Shown here one piece after another: positions 60,967-64,000 of a stretch of 64,000 nucleotides of DNA. Origin of the DNA: Neophaeotheca triangularis. Lineage: Eukaryota. Every line of letters starts with the position of its first letter. Positions within the stretch are counted from its first letter, which is position 1. Position numbers and translations under genes: made by a program. Location: positions 372,001-436,000 of the forward strand of contig BAAIJX010000013.1 of the NCBI GenBank assembly GCA_054600435.1, read 5' to 3'. The notes below the pieces were generated by a model. The model did not search any database and was not told the DNA's origin. It saw only the letters and a program-made list of their open reading frames with translations.

Positions 60967-62586
60967 CTACTCCCCAGGCATCCCCCTCCTCAAATTCTCA
61001 AACCGACTCCCAGGATACTCCAGACAATTCCACTGCACCTCCAACCTCTTCCCCCCGTACCCACCCATTTCTTGCGAGACGAGGTTGATAACACTCTGAC
61101 TCGAGTTTCCGGCAAAATCGCCGCTGGTCTCCCACCACATTGCGCCGCCTAATTTGTTCTGCTCAATGTACGCGACCTTCTTGGCGGCGACTTCGAGAGA
61201 GTCGTAGGAGATCATGGTTTTGGTGGTCGGGTTGTAGAGGTAGGAGGCTACGGCTTCGGGGTCGTAGTGGGATTCGAAACCTGGGAGGGGGAGGGCCTGG
61301 GAAGAGGGGTGGGTTAGTTTGGTGGGGTTGGAGAAAGGGGGGGAGGAAGGATTCAGGTGGGTTGTGGAGGAAGTGGTGGAGTGTCAGATTAGATCAAGTT
61401 TATTTTCCACGCCCATTGCTGTCGGTCTTCGCCACTCGCCGGAACCACGTGGTGGGTTGGGTGCGAGAGCTGTAATCAATGGAAGAGAGAGCTCGGCGTT
61501 TTGCTCTATCATCATGCTGTGGTGCGAGGGGAAAGAGAAAAGACTGCGAACTCAACGTACCTTGTAGTCCCAGACACCATTTTCCCAACTGCCGCCTCCA
61601 ACACCATTGTACGGGTGTCCAGGCCCATCAGTCTGCGTAAACGCACGTCCATAGAGTGGCATACCCAGCACGATCTTCGGAGACCTCACGCCATTCTTGA
61701 CGTACCAGTGGATGGCACTGTGGGTATCAAAAGGCGTGCTGGTAGGGTTCGACCGACTTTTGTAGAGGTTTGCTTGGTGGCCAGCTGTCGCGTCCCAAGA
61801 GCCGGCAAAATCGTAAGCCATCATGTTCCAGAAGTCGAGGTACGCGTCCATTTCCTTAAGACGCAACCAACGACTGTTCGAAGGACCGGCAGGACACGCA
61901 ATGGTCAAAAGGAAGTGGGGTCGAGAAGGAAGCGTCGCGGAATAGGCTTCCAGTTCATGTCGGGTGGCGGCGAGTAGCTTGACGTAGTCATTGGCCTCTG
62001 CGTCGTTCTTCGGGTACTCCCAATCAACGTCCAGACCATCGAAGCCATAGTCTTTGAGCAACTTGACAGCGCTGAAGGCGAAATTCTTGCGGCCTTGCTT
62101 TGTGGAAGCCGGTTGCGGGAAGTTCGAGCTGTAGGTCCAGCCACCGATACTGAGCAAAGTCTTGAAGTTGCGATTCCTCTTCTTGTGGAGGTACATTTGC
62201 TTGAGAGAGCCGTAGAGATTCTCGCCGACATCATTCCACGAGTCTCCTTCGTAATGCTTCTGTTCGTCCGACCATGAGTCCGTCAAATACACTTCACCGG
62301 ACTCGGGACGGATGTTGGCGAAGGAGTACAACACGTGCGTGAGTTTGTCCGCTGGGACATCCTGAGGTTGATGATTGCGGCCGTAAATTGCCCAATTGAC
62401 ATAATAGGCTACCGAGCGGTAGCCCTCTTGGTTGGACATGGTTGTGGCTGCCTCTGCCGGGTTCGTAGCGTACTCGTTATTGCCAGTCGACCGTGGGATT
62501 GCTTTGTGTCGAAGGTCTCGCGCTGAGGCATAGTTAGGGGAGAGAGCAAACGCAGCAAGAAGACAATGCACCACCCATCTGGCCAT
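60967..62586 (-). CDS. Secreted GH18 chitinase (class V / subgroup A)
   Basis: Signal peptide; [45 protein letters not shown]. Intron 61297-61560. Confidence 0.95.
61380..61519 (-). ncRNA. Intronic box C/D guide RNA targeting U2 snRNA (G25)
   Basis: In the 264-nt chitinase intron: C box ATGATGA (61515-61509) and D box CTGA (61387-61384), preceded by ACTTGATCTAA, which is complementary to fungal U2 UUAGAUCAAGU. Confidence 0.75.
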
Positions 62587-63523
62587 GGTGTCAGTGCACG
62601 TTTGCGCCTTTTTTTATATTGCTGTAGGAGTCAATGCTCGTAGGGGGGGAGTCTTGAGTCTTTGTTGTCCGACCTGACGTGGCTTTGGGGGCATATGACA
62701 CTTTAAACGTCCATGAACGTGTTGTGACTATAGGAGAGCGCAGGAAAGACATGTGGAAGAGAGAGTCGTTTATATACCTTACCAAAAGAGGTCCAGATGG
62801 GCACCGAAAAGGTTCCAGGCCGAGTTACTCACGCGTTTGGCCTCTTGGTGCCGCACAGGAATGTGCAACTGAGACACAGGTCGGATGGCAAGCGTCCACG
62901 AATCGGCCGGTCGTGACAAGCTGAGAATCTTCTCAAAGGGGCCGAAGACGTGAGGGGGCCCTCAACAGTCAATGATCTGGTGTCGAAAAGTCGGGATACC
63001 GATTATGGTCGGGCGGCGGAGGATCTCGTCGGTGAAGACGTGTGGACACGCTGCAGTTTACCTGATCACCTCACGCTTGATGCCGGGGATGATGAAGCTG
63101 ACAAAGGCAGGGCAGGGTGGGGGCCAGACATACCCGACATACCCGATATATATATCCGATGCGCTCGTGCGAGGAGGGACCGGACGAGATTGGATGATGG
63201 ACAGCCACTCGCTTTGTTGCAAAGTGAGCACCAACCTGGAACTTGAAACTTCACCAGACGAAGTCATTCGGGCGCCGCATACAGAAGCTTGCAGAGGGGC
63301 CGTTCCGAACCTTAAAGAAGATATGTACGCACGCCCAAGCGTTTGGGGCCGTCCCCAAAAGGAAGGTAGGTGGCCTCAGAAGCTGGCTCAAACAACGCCC
63401 AAGACAAGACAACCACTCATACACACCACCTAACATGTCCCTACAAATGACCCTCCGCCTCGTGACAATCCTCGCCTTCACCACCGGAGAATTTCGGTCC
63501 CCCGAGCGCCGCAGCTCCGACCC

Positions 63524-64000
63524 TCACGGCACACCCCTCCCCTTCCTCGTAGCCTTGGCCAGCTCACTCTGCGCAGTATTGAGATGATAGCGCTCATAAA
63601 TGGGCAAATAATGCTCCCGCTCACTCGTCGTGTTCCTGATACTCGGCCGCTGCTCAAGCGCCAGGATCCACTTCCGCAACTTGCGCCACTTCGCCTCGTC
63701 CTCGCCACCTCGCCCCTCATCCGGCAACCCCAAACCCCCCTTGAAATGATCAAAAACCCAAAGCCGCATCTATCCCACAGGGGTCAGTCTGACACACAAA
63801 GAACTCACAAGACAACAGCAAGCGGCAAAACTCACCACCCAAGGCGCAACAACAAAATCCACCAGCCCAGGCTCGGTGCCCATGAAAAAAGGCCCCGCCT
63901 CATCAATCTCCGCGGCAAACTCCCCCAACTTCCCCACAAACTCCTCGCGGGCCTCGCTCAGACCCTGCTCGTCACTCATAGGCTGAAACTGCAAGTAGCG
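63524..64000 (-). CDS. Glutathione S-transferase (C-terminal part; truncated by window end)
   Basis: GPFFMGTEPGLVDFVVAPWV|MRLWVFDHFKGG..W..LEQRPSI..SELAKATRKGRGVP*. Intron 63770-63835. Confidence 0.85.

Overview
Gene-dense (~52-55% GC) genomic DNA of a filamentous ascomycete (Pezizomycotina; short GT-AG introns with CTRAC branch sites; Dothideomycete-like is only a guess). I can support about 25 protein genes. The housekeeping set is UTP22, cystathionine gamma-synthase, SMC6, eIF3k, OTU1, a Sec14-like protein, an F-box/YccV protein, RSC1/2, SLM1-like, SYS1, COA6, a WLM protease, SHMT, a GH18 chitinase and a partial GST. Four things stand out. (1) An orphan island at 47.9-53.0 kb carries a head-to-head pair: a Kex2-type preprotoxin resembling the K1 killer-toxin family, fused to an N-terminal beta/gamma-crystallin-like domain, and a small secreted protein made only of that same domain. 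(2) A rhamnogalacturonan-I utilisation cluster (GH105 + MFS transporter + PL4 lyase) shares CGG-N11-CCG and GARE promoter motifs. (3) Two unannotated intronic box C/D RNAs: one in eIF3k (rRNA guides) and one in the chitinase intron (a U2 snRNA G25 guide). (4) A hidden multi-exon C2H2 zinc-finger gene needs two TT-starting introns and has a duplicated exon. All calls were made by eye; homology statements rely on remembered family motifs, not on searches.
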